Shown here: piece after piece, positions 20,756 to 30,056 of the stretch
Layout: each line of letters opens with the position of its first letter
Numbering within the stretch: position 1 is the stretch's first letter
Source: Anaerolineae bacterium
GTDB taxonomy: Bacteria; Chloroflexota; Anaerolineae; UBA1429
Direction of reading: 5' to 3'
NCBI GenBank assembly: GCA_963675785.1
Contig: OY776562.1
Span: 448,001-512,000 of the forward strand
DNA: 64,000 nt
The notes under the pieces: generated by a model
Told to the model about the DNA's origin: nothing
Databases searched by the model: none
The model's input: the letters and a program-made list of their open reading frames with translations, nothing else
Made by a program: the position numbers and the translations under genes

Positions 20756-21157
20756 TCACACGCTTTGCAGTATCTGCAATAGGACGGTTCTGCTGCGGGG
20801 GCCATCGTATTCGGCCAGGTGAATGCCTTGCCAGGTTCCAAGTATCAAATCGCCATTGTAAACGGGCACCATGCAAGAAGAACCGGTTAGCGTGGTTTTG
20901 ATATGGGCATCCGAGTTGCCTTCGGCATGGCGAAACCCGCGGTCCATGGGAATCAACGATCGCAAAGCTCTGAGCATGTCTCCGGATACTTCGGGGTCCC
21001 AATTCTCATTCAAAGTAATACCGGCAGTAGTATGAGGGGAAAACACAAGGATGGCGCCTGTCTGAAGCTCTAGGCTTTTGCAGTATTGCCTTACCTGTTC
21101 GGTGATGTCGATCAGTTCGCAGCGAGCACTGCTTTGGAGCTGGATGGTGTAGGGCAT
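20756..21157 (-). CDS. YjbQ/UPF0047 family protein
   Basis: HTTAGITLNEN, HAEGNSDAHIK, LGTWQGIHLAEYDGPR; ATG at 21157. Confidence 0.9.
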   Translation of the reverse strand: MPYTIQLQSSARCELIDITEQVRQYCKSLELQTGAILVFSPHTTAGITLNENWDPEVSGDMLRALRSLIPMDRGFRHAEGNSDAHIKTTLTGSSCMVPVYNGDLILGTWQGIHLAEYDGPRSRTVLLQILQSV

Positions 21158-21250
21158 TCCTCGTCTCCTTTGCGCTTCTAATGAGCGATAGCATAATACG
21201 GTGTCATGGCTTCTGACGCGAATCTGGCTTTCCGTCGGGCCGCCATTCAT

Positions 21251-21278
21251 TTGACAGCCCTTGTTATTCCGCTATAAT
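21251..21278 (+). promoter_or_regulatory. Sigma70 promoter for tRNA-Glu
   Basis: TTGACA-16bp-TATAAT. Confidence 0.85.
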
Positions 21279-21300
21279 CAGCAGCGTCAACGAGTCCTGA

Positions 21301-21374
21301 GCCGCATTCGTCTAGGGGTCTAGGACATCGCCCTCTCAAGGCGAAGATCGGGGGTTCGAATCCCCCATGCGGTA
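21301..21374 (+). tRNA. tRNA-Glu (CTC), CCA not fully encoded
   Basis: GCCGCAT/ATGCGGT acceptor stem, CTCTCAA anticodon loop, GGTTCGAATCC T arm. Confidence 0.95.
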
Positions 21375-21480
21375 CCTTCTCTATTATAACTCGTGACGCG
21401 AACGAGGTGACTATTGTCGCCTCGTTTTTGTTTTCCCCAGGAGTTTTCTCGAAAATTTCCCATTTTGGGCCTCTCCCGCT

Positions 21481-21509
21481 TTGACAGGCCAACAGATGCG
21501 TGGTATATT
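21481..21509 (+). promoter_or_regulatory. Sigma70 promoter for the LacI/hexuronate cluster
   Basis: TTGACA-17bp-TATATT with TG extension. Confidence 0.85.
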
Positions 21510-21514
21510 CGCCT

Positions 21515-21540
21515 CGTGACCGTTCACGTGAACGGTCACG
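21515..21540. promoter_or_regulatory. Perfect 26-bp palindrome, probable LacI-family operator
   Basis: CGTGACCGTTCACGTGAACGGTCACG is its own reverse complement and lies at the predicted transcription start. Confidence 0.8.
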
Positions 21541-21553
21541 GACAGGGTGGCGG

Positions 21554-22549
21554 ATGTCTCGCATTACGATACGTGATGTTGCGGAAAAAGCAGGGGTTTC
21601 ACGCCAGACAGTCTCCCGGGCGATTAACAATCAATCGGGGATTGACGTCAATACGCGCGCGCATGTACTTGCTGTTGCTCGCGAAATGGGCTATGCGCCC
21701 AGCAGGCTGGCCCGCGGCCTAAAAACAAACAGAACACGTACAATCGGATTGGTGGTGCCCGACATCGCCAATCCTTTTTTTGCAGAAATCGCCAGGGGCG
21801 CCTCTGAGGTGGCTCACGAACGCGAGTACGGCGTGCTCTTGTGTAATACCGACGAGCGTGCTGATCGCGAACTCGAAGTGTTGGCCATGCTGTCCGCCAA
21901 TCCTGTAGATGGGCTGGTGATGGTCAGTTCTCGTCTAAGCGAAGAGACGCTCGCCGAGAACCTGGAGCGTTGGAAGCCCGTGGTCCTCGTTAATCGCCAG
22001 TACCTGGCGGATCCCGAGGTGGTTTCTGTGATAGTGGATGATGAACAGGGTGCCTTTGAGGCTGTGCGTCACCTCCTTGATCGCGGACACCATGCTATTG
22101 GCTTCTTGGGAGGTACGCCCGGCTCACATTCTGGTCGAGCGCGTTTGGTTGGCTTTCAACGGGCCTTGCGTGCCTTTGGCATCAGCGATCGCCCCGAATG
22201 GCATAAACCTTGTGCGCCGACAGTGGCGGGAGGACGAGTTGCCGCGCAAGAGCTGCTCAGTGCGGTAGAAGTGACTGCCATTTTGGCATATAATGACCTT
22301 GTAGCCGTCGGTGTACTGCAGGCCTGTGCGGCAATGGGCTTGCGCGTGCCGAGCGATACGGCTGTTATGGGCTGGGACGATATTGACTATGCTGCATTTG
22401 TTTCCCCTGCCCTTACCACAATGCGTATGCCCAAATACATGATGGGCAAAGTGGCAATGTCGCTGCTCCTGGACTCTATTGCGACACCTGAGGCGATATC
22501 ACAACCAGTACATCTGCGTGCTGAATTGGTTGTGAGAAGCTCGACATAG
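21554..22549 (+). CDS. LacI-family transcriptional regulator
   Basis: TIRDVAEKAGVSRQTVSRAIN HTH, PDIANPFF, PALTT. Confidence 0.96.
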   Translation: MSRITIRDVAEKAGVSRQTVSRAINNQSGIDVNTRAHVLAVAREMGYAPSRLARGLKTNRTRTIGLVVPDIANPFFAEIARGASEVAHEREYGVLLCNTDERADRELEVLAMLSANPVDGLVMVSSRLSEETLAENLERWKPVVLVNRQYLADPEVVSVIVDDEQGAFEAVRHLLDRGHHAIGFLGGTPGSHSGRARLVGFQRALRAFGISDRPEWHKPCAPTVAGGRVAAQELLSAVEVTAILAYNDLVAVGVLQACAAMGLRVPSDTAVMGWDDIDYAAFVSPALTTMRMPKYMMGKVAMSLLLDSIATPEAISQPVHLRAELVVRSST

Positions 22550-22598
22550 CCAGGCGTCGCTTTTCTATTGTCGATGGGTTTTCGAGAGGAGATGGAAT

Positions 22599-24128
22599 AT
22601 GGCATCACTATTGGAGCTACTTGGCGACGAAACGGTTGACAGGCTGGGCGCTCTGTCTGGTCTCTCTGTGTATCCTCGCTCGATTTTCGAGCAGGGAGGC
22701 ACAGTGTTCTTTATGGGCAACAAAAATAACAGCCATGTGTTTGGCATGCTTCAGTCTAGCACGCTTACTCATGGCTTTGAGGTGAGCTTCAAAGAGGTCA
22801 AGCTGGGCAAAGTAGTGTTTTATCTCGGCCTGGGCCCGACCAATCACACCAATGCTTGCGCTTTGCGCCAGGCCTTGCCCTGGACTGCTTCAATTCGCGT
22901 GGGCGTACACAAGTCAGCCGGCCTGGGTGATCGTATGGGCAATGCCACGCCTGGTCATGTCCGCGCCATGCGCCACACCAAGGGCATCATCCCCGTGTTT
23001 GCTCAGCAGTCCATTCGCGAGATGGAGCGCACTGTGCGCACCTCGAATGAAGTGATGGATGCAGCCAGTTGGGGCGTATTCCAGGAAGGTTGGACGGCGG
23101 GTTTTGGTTCGGATGCTGATCACCTCAAGACCCCGGCAGATATCGACTATTGCGCCGATGCTGGCTTTATCATGTACACCTTTGATCCTCGCGATCATGT
23201 GGATAACGATGCCGAGACCGATGACGTCGAAACCCTCAAGAAAAAGTTCGTTGAACTCCCTTGGGATCGTCTGGAGACCACGGCGGATAGCACCTCCGCT
23301 GCCTATATCGACAAGAGCTGGGATCTGGAAGGTTTTACCTTTGGCTTGAACGAAGAGCAGGTTCTTCGTGCCGCTTGCAAGTACGGGCGCGCTCTGGCTC
23401 ACGTCAAAGAGCAGTACCGCTACCTTGTTGAAAAAATGGACGACCGTCCCTACGAGGTCGAGGTTTCAGTGGATGAGACCGATACCCCCACCCGTCCCGA
23501 AGAGCACCTCTATATCGTGATGGAACTCAAACGGCTAGGTGTTCAGTGGGTTAGCCTGGCGCCGCGCTTTATCGGGCGCTTTGAAAAGGGCGTCGATTAC
23601 ATCGGCGACCTGGGCGAGTTTGAAGCTGCCTTTGCCAAGCATGTGGCCATTGCCAAGGCCATGGGGCCCTACAAGATCAGTCTGCATTCTGGCTCGGACA
23701 AGTTCAGTGTGTATCCCATCGCGGCCAAGTTGGCAGGTGACTTGGTTCACCTCAAGACCGCTGGCACCAGCTATCTCGAATCGCTGCGTGCGGTTTCCCG
23801 CGTTGACCCTTCCCTCTTCCGTGAAATCTTGGCTTTTGCCATCGATAACTATGAAGAGGAAAAGGTTTCTTACCATGTGTCTGCCGTCCTGGACAAGATG
23901 ATCAACCCCGATACCGTGGCTGATGCGGATTTGCCCGCCGTGCTCGACCAGTTCGATACGCGGCAGGCTCTCCATGTTACCTTTGGCAAGGTACTGACCA
24001 TCAAGGACGATGAAGGCAACTATATCTTCAAGGATCGGCTCATGGGCGTTCTCTCGAGCAACGAAGAAACGTTGTACGATGCACTCGAGACGTACCTGGC
24101 CAAGCACGTCGTTCCGTTTAGCGATTAG
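22599..24128 (+). CDS. uxaE: Tagaturonate/fructuronate epimerase
   Basis: GLGDRMG, FAQQSIREMERT, DADHLK, SLHSGSDKFS, HLKTAGTSYLE. Confidence 0.88.
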   Translation: MASLLELLGDETVDRLGALSGLSVYPRSIFEQGGTVFFMGNKNNSHVFGMLQSSTLTHGFEVSFKEVKLGKVVFYLGLGPTNHTNACALRQALPWTASIRVGVHKSAGLGDRMGNATPGHVRAMRHTKGIIPVFAQQSIREMERTVRTSNEVMDAASWGVFQEGWTAGFGSDADHLKTPADIDYCADAGFIMYTFDPRDHVDNDAETDDVETLKKKFVELPWDRLETTADSTSAAYIDKSWDLEGFTFGLNEEQVLRAACKYGRALAHVKEQYRYLVEKMDDRPYEVEVSVDETDTPTRPEEHLYIVMELKRLGVQWVSLAPRFIGRFEKGVDYIGDLGEFEAAFAKHVAIAKAMGPYKISLHSGSDKFSVYPIAAKLAGDLVHLKTAGTSYLESLRAVSRVDPSLFREILAFAIDNYEEEKVSYHVSAVLDKMINPDTVADADLPAVLDQFDTRQALHVTFGKVLTIKDDEGNYIFKDRLMGVLSSNEETLYDALETYLAKHVVPFSD

Positions 24129-24142
24129 TGGAGGACACAACA

Positions 24143-24976
24143 ATGGATCAGAACTACAGCAAAAGTCTTTTTGATGTTGAAGGCAAAGTCGCAGTAATCA
24201 CGGGCGGCGGCGGAATACTTTGCGGTACCATGGCTCGCGGTTTGGCCAAGGCTGGCGTCAAAGTCGCTATTCTCGATATCAACAAGGATGCAGCGCAGGC
24301 TGTTGCCGATGAAATCGTCGCCGAAGGTGGCGAGGCCATCGGTGTGTATGCCAACGTGTTGGACAAAGATGCGCTGGCAGTATCTGCCAAAGAAGTTTTG
24401 GATGCTTACGGCACCATCGACATCCTGATTAACGGCGCTGGCGGCAACAAGCGTCAAGCCACCACCTCGGCTGAAATGCCTTTCTTTGACCTTCCGCAGG
24501 ACGCCTTCCAGTGGGTGTTCAACCTCAACTTTATCGGCACGCTTCTGCCGACCCAGGTTTTTGGCAAGATACTTGCTGACAAGGACGAGGGCGTCATCAT
24601 CAACATCGCCTCGGTGAACGCTTTTACACCGCTGACCAACATCCCGGCTTACTCGGCAGCCAAGTCGGCTGTGCGTAACTTTACCGAATGGTTTGCCACG
24701 CACGTCGCTCAGAATTATTCCAAGAATATTCGCGTGAATGGTATTGCCCCCGGTTTCTTCCTGACTGAGCAGAACCGTTTCCTCTTGACGGATGAAAAGA
24801 CTGGCGAGATTACTCCGCGCGGCAATTCTATCATTGACCATACCCCCATGGGGCGGTGGGGCGATCCTTCCGAGTTGATGGGCACTTTGATCTGGCTCAT
24901 CTCGCCAGGCGCTCAGTTTGTTACCGGTATTACAGTACTGGTGGATGGCGGCTTTGTCGCTTTCTCCGGTATCTAG
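24143..24976 (+). CDS. uxuB: SDR-type fructuronate reductase / D-mannonate oxidoreductase
   Basis: TGGGGILC, LINGAGGN, PLTNIPAYSAAK, APGFFLTEQNR, HTPMGR, VDGGF. Confidence 0.85.
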   Translation: MDQNYSKSLFDVEGKVAVITGGGGILCGTMARGLAKAGVKVAILDINKDAAQAVADEIVAEGGEAIGVYANVLDKDALAVSAKEVLDAYGTIDILINGAGGNKRQATTSAEMPFFDLPQDAFQWVFNLNFIGTLLPTQVFGKILADKDEGVIINIASVNAFTPLTNIPAYSAAKSAVRNFTEWFATHVAQNYSKNIRVNGIAPGFFLTEQNRFLLTDEKTGEITPRGNSIIDHTPMGRWGDPSELMGTLIWLISPGAQFVTGITVLVDGGFVAFSGI

Positions 24977-24983
24977 TTTCTAA

Positions 24984-25028
24984 TTCAGTGTCACATCTGG
25001 CGTACTAAAAGCCAGATGTGACACTGAA
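24984..25028. repeat. 18-bp perfect inverted repeat without T tail
   Basis: TTCAGTGTCACATCTGGC-9nt-GCCAGATGTGACACTGAA. Confidence 0.9.
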
Positions 25029-25078
25029 CTATCGCTTTCGGACCATCGTTTCGAGTATAGGATTTGGAGGATAGCAGC

Positions 25079-25975
25079 GTGAACGTACCCGAAGTGGCCC
25101 GCCCGCTCGTCGAAATGAAGCGCGACTTTGACTTTTTCGTTGGCATCGACTCGGACGGTTGTGCATTCGATACCATGGAGATCAAGCACAAAGAGTGCTT
25201 TACCCCCAATATCATCAAATACTGGGGACTCCAGGGCGTCAGCAAGTATGCCCGTGAAGCATCCGAGTTTGTCAACCTTTACAGCCAGTGGCGTGGTGCC
25301 AACCGTTGGCCTGCGCTGATCAAGGTATTCGATCTGTTGCGCGCCCGCCCCGAAGTTCAGCATCGCGGCGTGGCCATCCCCGAGGCGAACAAGATTCGCG
25401 AGTTCATCGCTTCGGATCTACCCAAGAGCAACGACTCTTTGGCCCAGCTGGTCGAAGAGACCCACGATCCCGAGCTTGAGCGCGCCTTGGCCTGGAGCCT
25501 GGCGGTCAACGAATCCATCGCTGACATGGTTCATGGCGTGGCGCCGTATCCTTTTGTGCGCGAGAGCCTGGTAAAAATCATTGCCCATGCTGACGCCATC
25601 GTTGTATCTCAGACGCCGGTTGAAGCTTTGGTACGCGAGTGGGCCGAGCACGGCATCGATCAGTATGTCAAAATCATTGCTGGCCAGGAGCAGGGCACCA
25701 AGACAGAGCACTTGCGTTTGGCCGCTGGCGACGGCAAGTACGCCGATGATCACAAACTCATGATCGGCGATGCCCCCGGCGATATGAAAGCGGCTCAAGC
25801 CAATAATGCCCTGTTCTTCCCCATCGATCCGGGCCATGAAGAAGAGAGTTGGCAGCGCTTTTACGAAGAGGCCTTTGATCGCTTTATCGCGGGCACCTAT
25901 GCCGGCGAATACGAGGCCAAGCTGATTGCGGCATTTAATGCTGTGCTGCCTTCAACCCCTCCCTGGGAAAAGTAG
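25079..25975 (+). CDS. HAD-superfamily phosphatase/phosphotransferase of unknown substrate
   Basis: Motif I DSDGC, motif II VVSQT, Lys in GTK, motif IV GDAPGD. Confidence 0.85.
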   Translation: MNVPEVARPLVEMKRDFDFFVGIDSDGCAFDTMEIKHKECFTPNIIKYWGLQGVSKYAREASEFVNLYSQWRGANRWPALIKVFDLLRARPEVQHRGVAIPEANKIREFIASDLPKSNDSLAQLVEETHDPELERALAWSLAVNESIADMVHGVAPYPFVRESLVKIIAHADAIVVSQTPVEALVREWAEHGIDQYVKIIAGQEQGTKTEHLRLAAGDGKYADDHKLMIGDAPGDMKAAQANNALFFPIDPGHEEESWQRFYEEAFDRFIAGTYAGEYEAKLIAAFNAVLPSTPPWEK

Positions 25976-25981
25976 GCAAAA

Positions 25982-27241
25982 ATGGCTATCGGAACAGGTT
26001 ATACAGACCGTTTCTTGAGCGAGGACGAGGCGCGCGGCATCTTTGCTGAGGGCCTGGATACCCTTTCGCTCAAGGGCAAAAAAGTGCTGGTTATCATCCC
26101 GGATAGCACCCGCAGCGCGCCGCTGCCCATGTGCTTCCGTCAGCTCGTCGATTTGATGAGCGGCACCGTCGGCCAGCTCGATTTCATGATCGCGCTGGGT
26201 ACACACCGTGGCATGACCGATGAGCAGATCAACCATCTGCTGGGCATTACCGCGGAAGAGCGTGCAGCCAAGTATTCCCACGTCAACGTCTATAACCATG
26301 ACTGGGAGAACGACGTTATCAAAATCGGCACCATCCCCAGTTCCCGCATCCGCGAGCTTTCTGATGGCTTGATGGATCAGGATTTGGATGTCACCGTCAA
26401 CAAGAATCTGTTCGGTTATGATCAGCTCATTATCTGCGGACCAGTATTCCCGCACGAGGTGGTTGGCTTTTCTGGTGGATTCAAGTACTTGTTCCCCGGT
26501 GTCAGCGGTGCTGATGTGACCAACTTTACCCATTGGTTGGGTGCGGTCATCACCCTGGTCAAGATCATCGGTACCGAGCGCACCCCGGTACGTGCGGTCA
26601 TCGAAGAAGCTGCCAGCCTGGTAACGGCTCGTGTGCCGGTTGCCGCTTTCTGCATGGTAGTCAAGGGCCACGACGATCTTTCCGGCCTCTATTTCGGTGA
26701 TCCCATCTATGCCCAGTCAGCGGCGGCGCAGCTTTCCTCCCAGTTGCATGTCATCTGGTGCGACCATCCCTACAAGACGGTGCTTTCGGTAATGCCCGAA
26801 CTGTACGATGATATTTGGACCGCTGCCAAGGGTGGTTACAAGGTCGAATGTGCTGTGGCTGATGGTGGCACAGTCATCATCTATGCGCCGCATATCGACG
26901 AGGTTTCCTACACACATGGCGCGCTGCTGGATCGCATTGGCTACCATGTGCGCGACTTTTTCCTCCAGCAGGAAGAAAAGTTCGCGGATGTGCCGGGCGG
27001 TATCAAGGCGCACTCAACGCATCTCAAGGGTGCTGGCACCTATGTGGATGGCGTAGAGACGCCGCGCATTAACGTCTATCTGGCCACGGGTATTTCCAAA
27101 GAGCGCTGCGGGCAAATCAACCTAGGTTACATCGATCCGGCGACGATCAACGTAGAAGAGTGGATGCAGCGCGATGATCCTGATCTGCTGGTGATCCCTC
27201 GCGCCGGTGAAATGCTTTACAAGCTAAATAGTCAGAGATAA
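25982..27241 (+). CDS. LarA-family nickel-pincer 2-hydroxyacid epimerase (probable mannonate/gluconate 2-epimerase, GntE-like)
   Basis: PDSTR, ALGTHR, PHEVVGFSGGFK, HWLG motifs; lies between uxuB and gnd. Confidence 0.8.
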   Translation: MAIGTGYTDRFLSEDEARGIFAEGLDTLSLKGKKVLVIIPDSTRSAPLPMCFRQLVDLMSGTVGQLDFMIALGTHRGMTDEQINHLLGITAEERAAKYSHVNVYNHDWENDVIKIGTIPSSRIRELSDGLMDQDLDVTVNKNLFGYDQLIICGPVFPHEVVGFSGGFKYLFPGVSGADVTNFTHWLGAVITLVKIIGTERTPVRAVIEEAASLVTARVPVAAFCMVVKGHDDLSGLYFGDPIYAQSAAAQLSSQLHVIWCDHPYKTVLSVMPELYDDIWTAAKGGYKVECAVADGGTVIIYAPHIDEVSYTHGALLDRIGYHVRDFFLQQEEKFADVPGGIKAHSTHLKGAGTYVDGVETPRINVYLATGISKERCGQINLGYIDPATINVEEWMQRDDPDLLVIPRAGEMLYKLNSQR

Positions 27242-27253
27242 GGAGAGTCTACA

Positions 27254-28663
27254 ATGGCCAAGTGTAGTATGGGGCTAATAGGTCTGGCCGTTATGGGCCA
27301 GAACCTGGTGCTTAACTTTGAACGTAACGGTGAGTCTATGGCAGTTTATAACCGTACCGCTGCCCGCACCGAAGAATTCATGGCCAACAAGGCCCAGGGC
27401 AAGAACATCACTGCCTGCTATTCACTGCAGGAACTGGTGGATGCTCTCGCTAGCCCGCGCAAGATCATGCTCATGGTCCAGGCTGGCGACCCCGTCGATC
27501 AGACCATTGCGGCGCTTAGGCCGCTCCTGGACAAGGGCGATCTGATCATTGATGGCGGCAACTCGTTCTTCAAAGACACCGAGCGTCGCGCTGTCGATCT
27601 CGAAAAGGATGGCATTCGCTACTTTGGCACCGGTGTCTCCGGTGGCGAAGAGGGAGCCCTTTGGGGCCCGGCCATGATGCCCGGCGGCCAAAAGGATGCC
27701 TGGGATATGGTCAAGAGCACCTTTGAGGCTGCCTCGGCCAAGGCCGAAGGCGAGGCTTGCGTGGCTTATCTGGGTCCGCGCGGCGCTGGCCACTATGTAA
27801 AAATGGTGCACAACGGCATTGAGTATGGCGATATGCAGCTCATCGCTGAGGCCTATGATGCCCTGCATCGTCTGTTGGGCCTCTCTGCCGCCGAGCTTCA
27901 CGAGGTCTTTGCCGATTGGTATGAGGGCGAACTCAACAGCTACCTCATCGAAATCACCCGCGACATCTTTGCCAAAGTGGACGACGAGACCGGCCTGCCG
28001 CTGGTTGATGTCATTCTTGACGAGGCCAAGCAAAAGGGTACCGGTAAGTGGACTTCGCAGAGCGCTTTGGATCTGGGTGCTCCGACCCAGACCATCAATG
28101 CTGCTGTCGAATCCCGCATCATCTCGGCCTACAAGGACGAGCGCGTTGCCGCTTCCAAGGAGCTCACGGGCCCCGAGGTTGTTTACAATGGCGATCGCCA
28201 GGCCTTTATTGATGACGTTCGTGATGCACTCTATGCTGCCAAAATCTGCTCGTATGCCCAGGGCATGGCCTTGCTCAAGGCCGCTTCTGAAGAATATGAC
28301 TATGACCTCAACTATGGCGAGATCGCCAAGATTTGGCGTGGCGGCTGCATCATTCGCGCTCGCTTCTTGAACGACATCACCGCCGCTTATCAGCGCAATC
28401 CGGGCCTGGTCAATCTCATGCTCGATCCTTTCTTCAAGAAGGAAATCCTGGCACGGCAGGGCGCTTTGCGCCGCGTCGTGGTGGCCTGTGTGAATGCGGG
28501 CGTGCCTTGCTTGGCCTTTAGCGCCTCACTGTCCTACTTTGATGCCTACCGCACTGACCGTTTGCCTGCCAACCTGACCCAGGCGCAGCGTGACTACTTT
28601 GGTGCGCATACCTATCGCCGTACCGACAAGGACGGCGTCTTCCACACCGAGTGGATTGACTAG
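27254..28663 (+). CDS. gnd: NADP-dependent 6-phosphogluconate dehydrogenase (decarboxylating)
   Basis: GLAVMGQNL, SGGEEGA, VKMVHNGIEYGDMQ, QAQRDYFGAHTY. Confidence 0.98.
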   Translation: MAKCSMGLIGLAVMGQNLVLNFERNGESMAVYNRTAARTEEFMANKAQGKNITACYSLQELVDALASPRKIMLMVQAGDPVDQTIAALRPLLDKGDLIIDGGNSFFKDTERRAVDLEKDGIRYFGTGVSGGEEGALWGPAMMPGGQKDAWDMVKSTFEAASAKAEGEACVAYLGPRGAGHYVKMVHNGIEYGDMQLIAEAYDALHRLLGLSAAELHEVFADWYEGELNSYLIEITRDIFAKVDDETGLPLVDVILDEAKQKGTGKWTSQSALDLGAPTQTINAAVESRIISAYKDERVAASKELTGPEVVYNGDRQAFIDDVRDALYAAKICSYAQGMALLKAASEEYDYDLNYGEIAKIWRGGCIIRARFLNDITAAYQRNPGLVNLMLDPFFKKEILARQGALRRVVVACVNAGVPCLAFSASLSYFDAYRTDRLPANLTQAQRDYFGAHTYRRTDKDGVFHTEWID

Positions 28664-28676
28664 TTTGAATCGTTTG

Positions 28677-28729
28677 GGCGCGGGCCTTGGATTTGCAAAA
28701 CTTGTTCTGCAAATCCAAGGGCCTGCGCC
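28677..28729. repeat. Long imperfect inverted repeat between gnd and pfp
   Basis: GGCGCGGGCCTTGGATTTGCA...TGCAAATCCAAGGGCCTGCGCC. Confidence 0.8.
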
Positions 28730-28748
28730 TGTCTCTGAGGAGCGAAGG

Positions 28749-30035
28749 ATGAGAAACAAAAACCTCGTCGTCGCACAATCTGGCGGTCCGACGCCAGTCA
28801 TCAATGCATCGTTGCGTGGTGTCATTGAGACTTGTCTCGATATGCCTGATGTGTTCGACAAAATCTATGCCGGTTACCACGGCATTGAGGGGGTACTCCG
28901 TGAAGAGTTGCTGGACCTTTCGGCCCAGTCTCGTGATGAGATCGCCCTGCTCAGTGTGACGCCGTCGGCGGGTTCTATTGGCTCTTGCCGTTACAAGCTC
29001 AAGGCTCATCAGACAGAGGATTTCAAGCGTGTTGTGGATGTGCTCAAGGCCCACAACGTTGGCTATTTCCTCTATAACGGCGGCAATGACTCGATGGACA
29101 CCGCCAACAAGATTTCCCAATTGGCCCACGAACAGGGCCTCGACTTGGTGGCGGTCGGTATTCCCAAGACCATCGACAATGACATTGGAGATAGCGAGTT
29201 CAAGCTCATCGACCACACGCCGGGTTACGGCTCTGTGGCGCGCTATTGGTCCGGTATGGTTCAGGGTGCCCTGGAAGAGAATCGTGGTTCCAGCCCTGCA
29301 GATCCCGTGCTGGTGTTGCAGGCTATGGGCCGTCTCATCGGTTACATCCCGGCGGCTGCCCGTCTGGCCGATCCTGATCGCCAGGAGCCTCTTCTCATCT
29401 ATACGGCTGAATCCGGCTTGACCGTTGAAGTGATCTATGAGCAGATCAACGATATGCTCAAGGCGCATGGCCATTGCGTGGTTGTGGTCAGCGAAGGCCT
29501 CAAGCTGGGCGAATTGGGCGAAGTGCGCGATTCATTCGGCCATGTCCAGTTCTCCTCCAGCAAGACGACTGTCGCCTCGCAGTTGGTCAACTATCTTAAC
29601 GAGCGTGGCTTGTGCGTTCCCGGTGCTGCTCGCGGCAATGTCTCGGGTACGCATCAGCGCCACGATATCGCCTATGCCTCTACAGTAGACCTCGCCGAGG
29701 CCTATGCTGTGGGCCAAAAGGCAGCCATATTGGCTGCTGAGGGCGAATCGGGCTATATGTCCACCATCTTGCGTGAGCCGGGGCCCATCTACTCGGTGCG
29801 CTATGACAAGGTGCCTTTGGAGTTGGTTGCCAACTCGGAGCGGACCTTCCCGCAAGAATGGCTGACGGAAGCTCGCAACGATGTGACGGACGATTTCTTG
29901 GCCTATGCTCGCCCGCTCGTCGGCGAGGACTGGCCGAGCGTGCCCCTGGTCGATGGCCGCATGCGCTTTACACGCTTTGAGCCTATCTATGCTGATCAGG
30001 TTCTGCCGGCCTACGAACCGCAGGAAAAGCGCTAG
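28749..30035 (+). CDS. pfp: PPi-dependent phosphofructokinase-family phosphotransferase
   Basis: QSGGPTPVINASL, GGNDS (Asp at the donor-specificity site), PKTIDND, MGR. Confidence 0.85.
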   Translation: MRNKNLVVAQSGGPTPVINASLRGVIETCLDMPDVFDKIYAGYHGIEGVLREELLDLSAQSRDEIALLSVTPSAGSIGSCRYKLKAHQTEDFKRVVDVLKAHNVGYFLYNGGNDSMDTANKISQLAHEQGLDLVAVGIPKTIDNDIGDSEFKLIDHTPGYGSVARYWSGMVQGALEENRGSSPADPVLVLQAMGRLIGYIPAAARLADPDRQEPLLIYTAESGLTVEVIYEQINDMLKAHGHCVVVVSEGLKLGELGEVRDSFGHVQFSSSKTTVASQLVNYLNERGLCVPGAARGNVSGTHQRHDIAYASTVDLAEAYAVGQKAAILAAEGESGYMSTILREPGPIYSVRYDKVPLELVANSERTFPQEWLTEARNDVTDDFLAYARPLVGEDWPSVPLVDGRMRFTRFEPIYADQVLPAYEPQEKR

Positions 30036-30056
30036 TTCCCAGCGTTATGGATTACC

